A stretch of 63,042 nt of DNA, the filler included, from Kipferlia bialata (lineage: Eukaryota): NCBI GenBank assembly GCA_003568945.1. It is 6 parts of 6 records of this genome, joined end to end, with 100 filler letters (N's around TTAATTAATTAA, not from the genome) between each part and the next. Parts side by side here need not be neighbours in the genome. Positions count along the whole stretch, not along the records: positions 1 to 10,439 come from BDIP01001426.1; positions 10,540 to 20,974 come from BDIP01001428.1; 4 more parts are not named here. One strand, written 5' to 3'. How positions within the stretch are numbered: the stretch's first letter is position 1; every line of letters starts with the position of its first letter. Position numbers and translations under genes: made by a program. Below are positions 1 to 13,021 of this stretch, piece by piece. The notes under the pieces were generated by a model. It saw nothing but the letters and a program-made list of their open reading frames with translations. It had not been told where the DNA came from and made no database searches.

Positions 1-553
1 AAGAGGGGGTCCCACTCGCCACCAAAGTCTCCCATCATGTCGGTCTTGGTGTTGAGGTAGGTCTGGCCAATGCGGTAGGCAGTGAGGTATCCCTCAACAA
101 GACCGGCGGCGTAGGCCTGGATGTGAGTAACATCAGTACAAGTCATTGCTCGTCAAGATATATAGATGTATTGCAAATTCGAACCTGGTCAGAGTTGGAG
201 AACTCTCCCTCAGTGTGGAGCTCCAGAGAAGACCATCCGTCCTCGGTGGTGGTATCGGAGTCTGGGGTCAGAGAGGAACGGATTGACAACCAATGAGACA
301 ATGATGGACTGCATTCAAAGGAGATAGAAAACACTCTTACGCACACATGGCGAAAGCAACGGCCTCGTTGGTGACGACACCCTCAGCAATCTTCCACTCG
401 TCTCCCTAGGGGGTGGGAGAGGGAGAAGAGGCGAGGAAGAATGATAAATCCTCTACTGAGCTCATTCTAACACACCTGCTTGTAGGCACAAGCCATCTTG
501 GCCTCAGCATAGGCCGCAAGGGCCACAAGGCACACAACTAGCACAATACGCAT
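1..553 (-). CDS. Phospholipase B-like protein (PLBD family), first 4 exons; truncated at window start
   Basis: Spliced translation MRIVLVVCLVALAAYAEAKMACAYKQ-GDEWKIAEGVVTNEAVAFAM-YSDTTTEDGWSSLELHTEGEFSNSDQ-AYAAGLVEGYLTAYRIGQTYLN. It has a signal peptide plus the GWS.LE..T...D..QAYAAG..EG.LT signature of PLBD1/2. Introns are GT-AG. Confidence 0.85.
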
Positions 554-1046
554 GGCTAGGTGTGGTTGAAAGTCGAACCATACCGACAAGACAAAAACTC
601 GAGACGAAAAGGGTGCAAAGCAGGCCGTTCTTAGAACGTCTCACACAAACAGAACCCACAAGCACAGCGACATCGCTCAGCTCATTTAATTGTGTGTCTC
701 GGCCAGGTTGTCAAATATATTCCAGAGCTTCCATCCAAGAAACCGTCAAGGAGTGTAATGTTGGCAGAGAGAGAGAGAGAGAGACTCCACATACCCAGAC
801 TGGAAGAGGAAAAATCCGATCAAAGCCAGGTCTTGCACCCCTAACTCTCCCCACACTATCCTACGTCACACGGCATCTCAAGAGACTACATGAAACCACT
901 CATTCCATCATTTACTGAACAATAATAAATTGGCACAAACACACGTAGCTATAGTTGTAACAATCGGAGTCTCAGTTAGAGCATAAACTCTCCGTTGCGT
1001 CCTCATTCACACAGTATCCTCAAGTTCCTCAAGAGCCTCAAGTCCT

Positions 1047-4000
1047 TCACTTCTTGCCCTTCTTCCCGCCCTTCTTCGTCCTCTTCTGCTTCGGCTGCTG
1101 GGGCTTGTCGGCCTCAGTCTCCTCCTTAGGGGCAGGGGCAGTGAGCTCAGCCAGGGAGGCCTGGGAGGTCAGAATAGAGACAACAGAAACAATCACACCA
1201 GTACACAGTGAGGTAATGTAGGATATATATGAATATACACCAACCTGCATCTCTGCGATGTCCTTGAGGTCCTTCTCCTTGTTGGGGCGTGTCTTGTCGG
1301 CCTCCACGGCCTTGGCCAGCACCTTGAACTGCTTCTCAGCAGCCACAACAACCTGGGGGTGAGGGAGAGTGTGTAGGCGTGCGTGTATGTGGATAATATC
1401 TTCCTCCATATATAATACTCAATAAGGTATATACCTAGTAGAGTGCCTTCTGGAGTGAATATCTATACGGAGGATATATATCCATATATATATATATATA
1501 TATATACCTTGTTGAGTGCCTTCTGGAGTGTCTTTGTCCTCTTAGTCTTCTTCTCAGCCACCAGGGCAGTAGTCACGTCAAGGCACACCTGGTGTGAGAG
1601 TAGGCAGAGACGCCAACTACTACTACATGTATACCTTGATGTCAGCGACCACATCAGCCATCAGCTCGATGTTGCCATACATCCAGTTCATGTTGTTCTT
1701 GGAGCCCTCGTCCAGCATGGACAGAGACTCGTCTGGGGGTAAGTGAATATACAATATTATATATATACAGAAAGACAATAGTATACTTATACAGAAAGTT
1801 TGGGGTGAGAAGGGGGATAGCTGCAATGAAGAGAGAGGTGTATATATATATATACACTGCATACCCTGGATGAAGAGAGCCACGTCTGGTGTGTTGGATG
1901 GGTGCAGCTTGGACATGAGGGGGGCCAGGAGGGTGAGCAGGAACTCGCGCCTGGGGGTAAGGGTTGATGGATATATATATCAGTATCATACTATATACGG
2001 TGCTGAAACTGATATTGATACAGATGGAAGGATGAGCAGGAACTCACGCCTGGGGTGAGGAACACCACATAATCGTAGTACTCCTAGAGTATATATATAT
2101 GTGTGTGTATATACTGCATATAGTGTACCTGAATGTGGATGCGGGGTATGGGCAGACAGAGCACTCCCACAGTATATGTATGTATACCCATATATATACA
2201 AAACATATACATAATATACCTGAATGTGGATGCGGGGTATGGGCAGACATCGTCGGAGGTCTCTCCCTCGGCTGGCTTGGTCCTCAGCAGCACCTGGGGG
2301 TCAGTACAGTGCTATCTACTATATACACTACACATCCTCCAATGTATACATACCTGAGTAGTGTAGAACACCACCATGTGGGCGCAGATGGGGCTGCACT
2401 CACCAACCCTCTTGAGCAGGGAGATGGGGAACCTAAGAGTGAGCACAGCTCACACATACAGTGAATACTATATGCACAGAGAGAGTATATACATGGCAAC
2501 TACTGAGTAATGCACTCACTTAGGCTGCTTGGCGCATGCATCCACCACGAGGCCCTCGATGCTAGACACCAGGGCAGAGTGGTAGAAGAGCACAGAGGGC
2601 AGGGAGAGGTCCTCGGCAATGTCCTCGGCAGTCATGTCTCCCTCGACCTGGGGTCAGTGTCATCAGTATATATAAAGAAACATATCTAATACATCATATA
2701 CTATAATAATATACCTTGCCAGCTGCCAGTGCCTCATGCATCATCAGTATCAGTGCCATCAGTATACACATGAAATGTATATATATGCAATATACATAGG
2801 TATACCTTACCAGCTGTCAGTGCCTCGTGCATGAGGTTGTACTCATGTATCATCGGTATATACTATATACATATATACACACTATACATATGTATATATA
2901 TATATAATTGTATACTACATATACACCTTGCCAGCAGCGAGTGCCTCGTGCATCAGGTTGTACTCGTGGTATCATCATAATACATAGATGTATANNNNNN
3001 NNNNNNNNNNNNNNNNNNNNNNNNNNNNNTCATAATACATAGATGTATATATGTATATATATCATAAGTGTATACCTTGCCAGCAGCGAGTGTCACTTAA
3101 TAAATGATATATATATATATGTGTGTGGGTGGGTGGGTGGGTGGGTGTGGGTGTATATATATGTATGTATGACCTTGCCAGCAGCGAGTGCCTCGTGCAT
3201 CAGGTTGTACTCATGTGTCATCGGTATATACTATACATACATATATACAATATACATATTATATATATATGTGTGTGTGTGTGTATATATATGCACGTAC
3301 CTTGCCAGCTGCCAGTGCCTCGTGCATCATTAGTATCAGTACCATCAATACACATATGATATATATATATATATCTTCTTCTTAGACTGCATACCTTGCC
3401 AGCAGCGAGTGCCTCGTGCATGAGGTTGTACTCGTGGAGCTGTGCCTGGAAGGTGGACGAGATGGCCTTGCACAGGTACACGTACAGCTGGCGGTGAGCA
3501 AACAGGACAAATACTGGGTGGGCACGTATATATATGTATATACAAGAAACCCAGAGACCGGGTGTGGATGTATAGACACATATACCCTCTGTACCTTCTC
3601 CAGCACGTCTCCCTGCAGCTTGTACTCGGGTCCGTGCATCAGGGTCTGGATCTGGTCGAAGGCCTGGGGGGTTAGTATATATGTAGAAGAGAGAAAAGAC
3701 AAGGCATAGTGATGATCTTACCTCAAGGGCGAAGTTGCACTCGACCATGTCTCCCTCCTCCTCCTCCTCCTCCTCCTCAGCCTCAGTCTCAGTCTCCTTG
3801 GCCTCAGACTCCTCCTTCTCTGCCTCCTCTCCGTTCTGGATCCTCTCCAGCCTCTCCATCTCCTCCTGCTCGTCCTCGATCTCAGCCAGGGGGACCAGGT
3901 AGGCACAGCCTATCAATTAGAGGGAGATATATAAATAGAGAGAGAGAGAGAGAAATCTCAGCCAGGGGGACCAGGTAGGCACAGCCTGTTGTTAGTATAT

Positions 4001-6369
4001 ATACACATAAATAGGGCGAGAGGGTAGCATGTAATATACACCCACCTGTGACGTCTGCCATGCCCTTGGCCCCGTGTGTCCTCTTGGGTGCCACCAGAGT
4101 GTGCAGGATGGACAGGGACAGCTGGTTGGCCTGAAGGTAAGATATAGTATTATATATATACACACACATATATATATATAAGTGGGTATATGTGACTATG
4201 TGCAGGATGGACAGGGACAGCTGGTTGGCCTGGGGGTGAGACATACACACACACACACACATATATATATACATATACATTATTATATATAGACTATGCA
4301 CTATGCTCCATACCTTAGCCACAGCGTCCCTTCAACATATATATAATTATACTATATATACATATATAGATATATGTATCTATATTCTTATATATACTCA
4401 ATACCTTGGCCACTGCGTCCCTCACCACCCTGTCACATCCGTCTGGGGCCCTGACCAGGCATCCCTCCACCAGGGGCTGGATGCATGCATAGGAGGCAGG
4501 GGTGTTGTAGCCTGGGGTGAGGGTAAACAGTATACACTAGTAGTATATGTATAGGGGTGTTATAGCCCGGGGTGAGGGAAGTGAGGGTAAATAGTGTATA
4601 CTAACCATATATATATATGCATATACAATATATACATTATACTATACGTACCCAGCACAATCTTGAGCAGCCCGGCCACCCTAGTCCTCAGCCTGTCGTT
4701 CTGCCTCTCAATGTCCTTGGACTGATGGTTAGAGAGTGTGTGTACAGTATGTGATGGGGGTGAGAGAGTGTGTGTATTGTGTGTATATACATACAGTCTA
4801 GTATATAGATACATATATACTCAGCCTGTCGTTCTGCCTCTCAATGTCCTTGGACTGGGGGTAAGGGGGGGGGGGGGTTACACTATGTGATGACCATTAA
4901 TATCATGTACAAGACACTGATGCTATTACCTGGTACTTGTTCTGTAGGATAGCAGAGAGGATAGTATATAAATATGATATATATAAATATGTGGGTTAAC
5001 TAGACGATATACATTTACATGACCCATACCTGGTACTTGTTCTGCAGGATAGCGCTGAGGGCGGCGTCGTACCGGGCAATCTCACTGGGGTCAGGCATGG
5101 AAGTTGAGCGTTAAGAGGAATCGTTACTATTGTTCTCTCTTCATACCTTGGGTCAGCCTCCGAGAGAGGGATTGTGTTGTACCAGCCTGTGGTGTCCACC
5201 TTGGTCGTGGTGGCCTCAGCCTCTCCCTCCTCCTCCTCCTCCTCCTCAGACTCTGCCTCTGCCTCTACCTCCATCTCCTCTCCCTCCTCTCCCTCCTCTA
5301 CCTCCATGTCCTCGCCCTCGGCAGACTCCTCCTCCATGTCAAAGTCTGGGGGTAAGTGAAACATCCACAATGTACATTCATACATATATAATTGCCAGCT
5401 GTGCACCACTAGCACCCCACTCACCCTCGTCCTCCTCCTCGACGTGGAAGATCACAATCATAACAGAGTGTATAGTATGTATTCTATTCATATACATATT
5501 CACTTATACACATATGTGCCACCATACCCTCGTCCTCCTCCTCGACGTGGTAGATGCAGGAGTCACACATGAGGGCAACGGCCTGGGTGTGAGGGACATA
5601 CATATCAATACAAAGTGGATATATAGTGTACAGTGTATACACTATACCTGGGGTGTCATGCTTGGTGAGTGAGGAACACCTATATAATACAGAGTGTATA
5701 TATAGTGTACATACTGTACCTGGGGGGTCATGCTGGGTCCCCACAGACGCACAGCACTCTCAGCCCCAATGCGGCTGCTGCTGTTGTCCTTCTCAAGGAG
5801 CATCACCAGGCCAACAACAAGGTCCTCGTCGTTCACTGGGAGGTAAGGGGATACTATAGGAAACAGTAAGCTACGGAAGACTTTATGAAGACATACAATT
5901 CCTATACTATATATGTATACTATTGTATTCATACATACCCTCGACGGGTGCGTCTGGGGAGTCCTCCTCCCCTAGCACCTCGTGTGCATTGACGATGGAG
6001 GAGGCATATGCAAACATGCACTCACAGGCTGTGTTGAGCCTGGCCTGCTCACTGCGCTGGAGGGTTAGGGAAGGGAGAGAGAGAGAGCGAGAGAGAGAGA
6101 GAGATACATAGTGTAATCTTAGCAGTGTTGAGCCTGGCCTGCTCACTGCGCTGGGGTTAGTATGGTGAGTAATATCGTATATATACATACATACACATAT
6201 AAAGAAAATTAATGAACACTATATAGTATCTAAGTAGGAATGTAACATGCCGTGTTGAGTCTGGCCTGCTCACTGCGCTGGGAGGGTTAGTATATACGTG
6301 TATAATGTATATATATATCCATATGGGGTGTTGGGCACGAAGTAACTGGGCCAGCGTGTAATCTCATTG

Positions 6370-6409
<40 letters not shown>

Positions 6410-9400
6410 TACCTGAGCCAGCATGATGCCAGACAGAGCAGCGCGGCATGCCATGTGACCGGCAAGGAGGGTGGTGTTCTCTAGGGGTAAGGTATACTGC
6501 ATAAAGAAAATCCATAAAGTGTATAGTATATATACGCACCTGAGTCCAGAGGGTAGAGGCTACCCTGCAGGATGCGCACCACCCTCGACCTCATCTCTGC
6601 CACACCAGAGTCATCCTCACACACAGTGTAGGGGATGATGCCACGGCGCACAAGACCCTGAGGGTGAGGCGGACAATATGTTACAAAGTATAGTATATTC
6701 AGAGTTGACACAGTGTAGGGGATGATGCCACGGCGCACAAGGCCCTGGGAGGGTGAGGGGCACATCGGATACAGTATACATAGGACAGTATGTATATCAT
6801 ATACCTTGTCGATAAGGGTTGGGTCGTGGAGCAGCTTGTCCTGACGGGCAGAGGGCCTGGGGGGTGAGTATCAGTAACATAATACGGAAGACACACAATA
6901 CCCACCTAGGTGCCTCTCCTCCCTCGAGATCTGCCAGCACACGTCCCACCAGCAGAAGGAGCTGGGTCTTGACCCCAGAGGCCATCTCAACAACTGGGTG
7001 AGACAGAGGGCGTAATGAGCATATAAATACATATTTATAAAGTATATCCATACCTGCCCTTGCGAAGCGTGGCAGCACTGTGATGAGGTATATCCTAGTG
7101 TATAGTATACAATATAGAGTATATAGAGTATAGTACCTGCCCTAGCAAAGCGTGGCAGCACTGTGATGAGGTCTGCCCTGATCCTCTCCCTCTGTGCCTC
7201 TGTCAGTGAGGGTGTGAAGGAGGAGGCAGCGGCAGTGGACTCGGGCAGGATGCGGTGCCCAAGGAGGCCCTGGGTATAAGAATGAAACCTTATACATATG
7301 ATTATAGTATATATATTGTAATACTAATATAAATAGGAGATATGAGCAGGATGCGGTGCCCAAGGAGGCCCTGGGGGTAAGGGTACATATACATATATAT
7401 ATTTGTGTGTGTGTGTGACAACTATATTTAAATATGAGTCAAATATGCACTCCCTACCTCTCTCTGTCTGGACCGTGTCCTTGGGGACTGAGGAGGGGTG
7501 GCACTGCCTCTCCTGCAAGGTAAGAGGAGGAGACATGTCCAATTTCAGATACCAACTACTACTACGTAAGTAATTCCCTCTTATGCTTACACTATATATA
7601 TCCTTACCTAGCCCTGGTAGGGTTGGCGTCTGGGTGTGGGGTAAAGTACCCACTACTATATATACAGAAATACTATATGTATACTATGTGTCCATACCTA
7701 GCCCTAGTTGGCTTGGCATCAGGGTGTGGGGTAAAGTGTCCATTGACAAGCAGGGCCAGCAGGGACATGACCACCCAGTGGGAGGTGAGGAGGGCCTCGG
7801 CCTCGGCCTCACTAACGGTGGCGGCCTGGAGTTGGTACGGAGAAGGGGGGGAGGGGGGAGGTTGGTTAGTTGGGATATACCTGACACTCACCTTGAGCAA
7901 TGCCACGAGGGATGGGAAGTCAGAATCAGTATAAGTACCAGTATATATATATCATTATCAGTATATCATACTAATTATACACACTATTTATCTACTATTT
8001 ATCAGTTTCAATACCTTGAGGAGTGCCACGAGGGATGTAAAGTCTGTGAAGGACCTCTCCTCGGCAGTGTGGCCCAGGATCTCAGTGGCGGCCTGAGGGT
8101 GGGTGGGGGATGATATAGTGGGGGGGATATTAACTATTCATAGTGTATACACGTACCGTAGCCCTCTGGACTGGGGTCATGTTGTCGACCAGCCTCTGCC
8201 TCACACTCCTGATGACAGCGGTGTCGGTCTCAGACTCGACGGCAATGTACCTGGTGGGTGAGACAGGAAGGCAGCGGAAACAAACAAGGCTATAGTAGCT
8301 AGAGAGAGAGCGGGGGAGGGATATACCTGTGAAGGGATGGTAACAAGGAGAGAGAGAGAGAGTAATGTACCTGTGGAGGGATGGGGACAGTGCAAACATG
8401 GTTGTGAGCATGCCGACCAGGGCCTTGCTCCCCCTGCCACAGATGTTGGGGTCGCACAGGTTGAGGGCAAGCTCGGCTCCAGCCTCAATGAGCTCTCCGG
8501 CCCTAGAGGGTGAGAGACAGAGGGAGTGTGTGTATGTGTGTGAGAGAGAGAGAGAGGGAGAGAGGGAGAGAGCTCTCCGGCCCGGTAAGGGATGGATTGA
8601 TGTGGTGAGTGGATAGTGATATAGACAACACACCTGGGTGGGAAAGAGTCCTCATCGTATGTATATAGGATATGCATACACACACATATGTATATGAGTA
8701 TAGACTGAATGGATATAGTATACTAAAGTATACTGAAGTCTACCTGGGGGGCAGAGAGTCCTGGTCGTCTGTGGCCTCATCTGTAAACATATATATACAT
8801 ATATATATAAGACAAGAGTGATTGGATACAACACACCTGGGGGGCAGAGAGTCCTCGTCGTCCGTGGCCTCATCGTCCTCTGTCTCAGACTCCTCCTCCC
8901 CATCCTCCTTCTCCTCCACCATGCCCTCGGCCACATACACATCACCTGGGAGTTAGAGGTACACATCTAGAGACACACAATACCCAATGCACACAATACA
9001 CTAAACCATGCCCTCGGCCACATACACATCACCTGGCAATCAGACATGGAAGCAATATACATACATACACATCACCTGAGAATCAGATATGGAAGCAATA
9101 TACATATATATACATCACCTTGGGATTAGAGGCACACAACGATACATCCCATGCAGTATGTGAGTAGAATAGGTATAATACGAATGCCTACATATCACCT
9201 AGTGGTCAGATAAAGCAGATGTGTGTAAGGATACACCACATGCCGCAAAGTACACGTACAATGAGATCCCACAAGATACATGATATATAGAATACACTGT
9301 AGCTCTCTAGATAACTCTATACACACTGACACCCTCACCTGCCCTGACGAGGCACATGGCAATGGTGACCCTACCACTGAGGGTGCGCAGATCAGCTCCA

Positions 9401-9789
9401 GTCTTACGGATGGGGTACACCTCGTCCACCAGAGCCAGCAGCTCAGAGACGGGGAGGCCAGAGTGCAGCATCACCTGCACCAGGGCAGAGGAGTAGCTGG
9501 CCATCAGGATCTTGTTGGAGTTGACACAGCCATTGAGCAGACGCTGCAGCACGTAGCTCACACCCTTGTCGTCCTTCTTCACCAGACCCACGATAAAGTC
9601 GCTAAGACCCTTCACACTCTTCATAAGCTCCTCCTCAGAGGTCTCCTTGCCCACTAGGGCCTGGAAATAGGGGGCAGCAGCCTGGATGACATCGCTATCC
9701 ACCACTACAGGCTCCTTAGCCTTCTTAGCACCTCCCTTTCCCTTTCCACCTGCCTTCGATACAGGCTTTCCGGCGGTTCCCTTTGCCAT
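1047..9789 (-). CDS. Multi-exon nucleolar protein, probable Pol5 (DNA polymerase phi)/MYBBP1A family
   Basis: ATG at 9789. N-terminal YFQALV...VSYVLQRLLNGCVNSNKILMASYSSALVQVM resembles the Y.L.RL..G..S.....R.GF...L..LL motif of Pol5/MYBBP1A. It also has a helical body, acidic tracts (5220-5345, 3750-3880, 8850-8930) and a Lys-rich C-terminus KQKRTKKGGKKGKK-stop at 1047. Confidence 0.55.
2995..3029. other. Scaffold gap (35 N)
   Basis: N run inside a repeat-rich intron; the same 20-mer TCATAATACATAGATGTATA lies on both sides. Confidence 0.95.
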
Positions 9790-10070
9790 AGACTCGGAAC
9801 TCGCTCTAGAAAGCAGCAAATCGATATGGTGATGGAGACTGGTTCTGGCCCCTTAGTCGCCAGTGTTTTTTGTCTGGAAGAGGCCGATGTCCTTTCCTCT
9901 CTACCCTGCCTGCACAGAGCTGACACCATATACACTTGGGCTTACCAGCTATTGACCTGTCTGAGATTAACCTGACACTCCATAGTCGTGTTGTGTCGGG
10001 TTCGGACTGTTTGGAGGTGTGTAGGTGGCACATACAGGTGCCACACTGTAGAGAGGTAGACTGACAGGGG

Positions 10071-10342
10071 ATGGAGGGTCATGGGGAGGGACACCGCACT
10101 GATGACGTGCACCAATCCCTGATGACGATGCCCTCGATGCCTGGTGATGGGGAGAGAGAGGACATCACTGACAGGAGGGTGGGCAAGGGGGACCCAGACA
10201 CAGATAGAGAGAGAGAGAGAGACAGGGACTGGGAGAGACTGGCTGACCTGGCAGAGGCGCCCATGGAGGCTAGTGGGGAGGAGGAGAAGAGTGGGGTGGA
10301 GCTGGACTTAGCTGAGTCGGGGTTCGGCATATACATGTGGTG
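10071..10342 (+). CDS. First exon of a truncated gene, possibly an SV2/SVOP-like MFS transporter
   Basis: ATG at 10071, hydrophilic N-terminus ending ELDLAESGFGIYMW, then a GTACGT donor at 10343. The GFG..W motif recalls the start of SVOP-type transporters (weak). Confidence 0.35.
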
Positions 10343-10388
10343 GTACGTAATAGTTGTAATCTACGCTCTTCTGGTTCTGGCTCTATTA

Positions 10389-10439
<51 letters not shown>

Positions 10440-10539
10440 NNNNNNNNNNNNNNNNNNNNNNNNNNNNNNNNNNNNNNNNNNNNTTAATTAATTAANNNNN
10501 NNNNNNNNNNNNNNNNNNNNNNNNNNNNNNNNNNNNNNN
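10440..10539. other. Artificial contig spacer
   Basis: N44-TTAATTAATTAA-N44, with stops in all six frames. Confidence 0.98.
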
Positions 10540-10554
10540 CGGCGGGGGGGGGGG

Positions 10555-10590
<36 letters not shown>

Positions 10591-12979
10591 CTGAGAGAGC
10601 ACAGAGACACATAGAGTATGAGTAGATACATCGTAACAAAAGCATATGTATATACACGCCATATATACCTCGTCAGCTGCAGGGTGGGTATGAGTGTCCA
10701 GTCTGACTGTCTGGGCACTGACAGGTGCTCCAGAGTGGCCCTGACCAGGTAGGAGGGCTCCAGTCCAGTCAGCCTGGGGGGTAAATACAGCGAGCTCAGC
10801 ATATATACACATACCAATACATCGTTACACACCTGAGAATGACTGGTATCAGCTCCTCCGGGTCTGTCTGGGTCTCATCTAGATACACGTCTGAGTGGTT
10901 CAGGGAGGCTGCAGCACCCTCGGCACCATCTGTGGGCACATCCTCCCTGCCAACATCCACATAGGACCTCCTGAGGCCGTCCTGGGCTGCCTCACGCACC
11001 TAAGGGGTCAAAACATATTGATAATGAGAAATAGATACAGTTATAGACACAAAATAGAAGTACTACTAACCTGTGCATCTTTGCAGAGCAGAGAGACCAG
11101 CACCAGGAGCAAGGGGGCAGCCCCTGCCCCTAGGATACCGCAGAGGGTGGGGTAGGAGTCGACATGGCTCCAGGCAAGGGTGGCCACATTCTCAACACCA
11201 GCCTAAGGGGTCAGGGAACGCTAGACCAACATATCAACCAACTATAGAGGTATAATAGTTGTGCGAATATTCATATACACATACTATACTCTATACCTGG
11301 TGGTACGTGGCCACCACGTCCTTGAGCCTGGGCACAGGGGTGAGTCGGACGAGGGCAAAGACATCGCTGAGAGAGGGGTACTGGTAGTCTGCCCTGAGGG
11401 AGAGGGGGATGCCCCCAATCTCACCCACATTGCTGATGAACACACCCACTGCCCTGGTGGCCTCGTGTCTGACCCTGGAGAGGAGAGCCACAAGAGGTCT
11501 CTTCAGACCCTCGGTGTCACCCAGCCTGGTCCTCTTGGAGTGGCAGAAGAGAGCTATCTGCTCATCCTGGCCAGAGAGAGAGTCTGCGAGGGTGACGAGG
11601 GAGGCGAGGATGGCATTGTACCTGGGGTGAGGGACACAACGGGGTATATACAGTGTGAGTGCATATACACATATATGTATATAAGTATACCTTGGCCACC
11701 GGGCAGGGTTGAGTAGGCCGGGTGATGCAGTCAGTGCCGCAGAGAGAGAGAGGCACACATCGAGCAGGGCCATGAGGTGGGGCACTGAGAGACAGGGGGC
11801 AGGGCATAGGGGGGGGATGATGTCACAGGTGAGGAGACACCTCAGGAGCATGTCCACAGTCTCAATGTACAGGGTGGCCTAGGGTGAGAAAGAGAAAGGG
11901 GGGGGGGGGGTACCTACGCAACATATCACTATACACACTCAATGTAACCACCCACCTCCTCCTCGGTAGATGGTGCCACCAGCCTGAGCCCCCTGGCCAC
12001 ACAGGCACACTCGGCCCATATGTCTGGGGAGGCTGTGAATGCCGTGTTCATCTTGGGTCTCTGTCGCACAGGCCCAGCAAAGAGACTGGCCAGGGATGCC
12101 ACATAGCCTATGCTGGCAGGGGGTGTCAGGGCCTGGACCAGCCGTGTGGACACATGCCTGTGTAAGATACCCAGGGCCACCCTGCCCTGCATGTTGGATG
12201 CCACGGCATACAGCCTGGAGGGCTCATTGACGACATCCGGCACCAGGGCCCATGACCTCTCCAGCATGGCCTGGGCCTCTGCCCCATCACCCACTAGAGA
12301 GGCACCTATGGCACCTGGCACAAGGGCACGCAGGGCCTGGCCGTCGTGGGTGCCGGCCCTGCCCATGTACTGTCTCCAGGACACGGCCTGGCCTGGGAGG
12401 GTGAGACATAGGGAGAGAGAGAGAGAAGGGCTTCTTTGAGGGCTGGCACACTATGACAGTATGCACAGTACCTGATGCACCGAAGAAGCACTGCTCCCTG
12501 GCGAGTAGTCCTGCCAGGTGCTGCAGAGTGGGGGGGTGGCAGATGGTCTGCACTGTGGCAAACACCCTGTGGAGCCTAGCCACACCGGTTGGCTTGGTGG
12601 TGTCTGAGAATAGCTTGACCACACTGGCCCTGGACGATCCAAACCCACCAGCCACCAGAAGTGACTCGTAGAGGGAGAGACCGTCCCTGGTGACAGCTGC
12701 GCCACTGCATCTAGCCAGGAGGGACACAGCTGAGACAAGGCTGGGCTGGTAGAAGAGGTAGGCTGCTATCAGGGCCTCGAGGAGCGAGACATCAACCCTC
12801 TGGTCCAGACACACACCGGCCAGACGGCCATCATCGTAGAGGATGCCCTCCAGGCCATGCAGCCACATGCCAGCCTCAGTGACACGCTTCGACACATCAC
12901 AGACACACAGGGACAGACCGTCCATGCACACCATGGCAACAGCACCTGGGGTTAGTATACAAGCACATGAAACTAGAAT

Positions 12980-13021
<42 letters not shown>

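Noticed and set aside
10440..10539. Recurring TTAATTAATTAA palindrome every ~10.5 kb
   Set aside because: Artificial spacer. Segment lengths fall monotonically (10439, 10435, 10428, 10424, 10412, 10404), as expected for length-sorted contigs.
10390..10586. Poly-C/poly-G runs at contig ends (also 20929-20974) read as polyproline
   Set aside because: They lie in introns after GT donors and mark assembly breaks; run lengths are unreliable.
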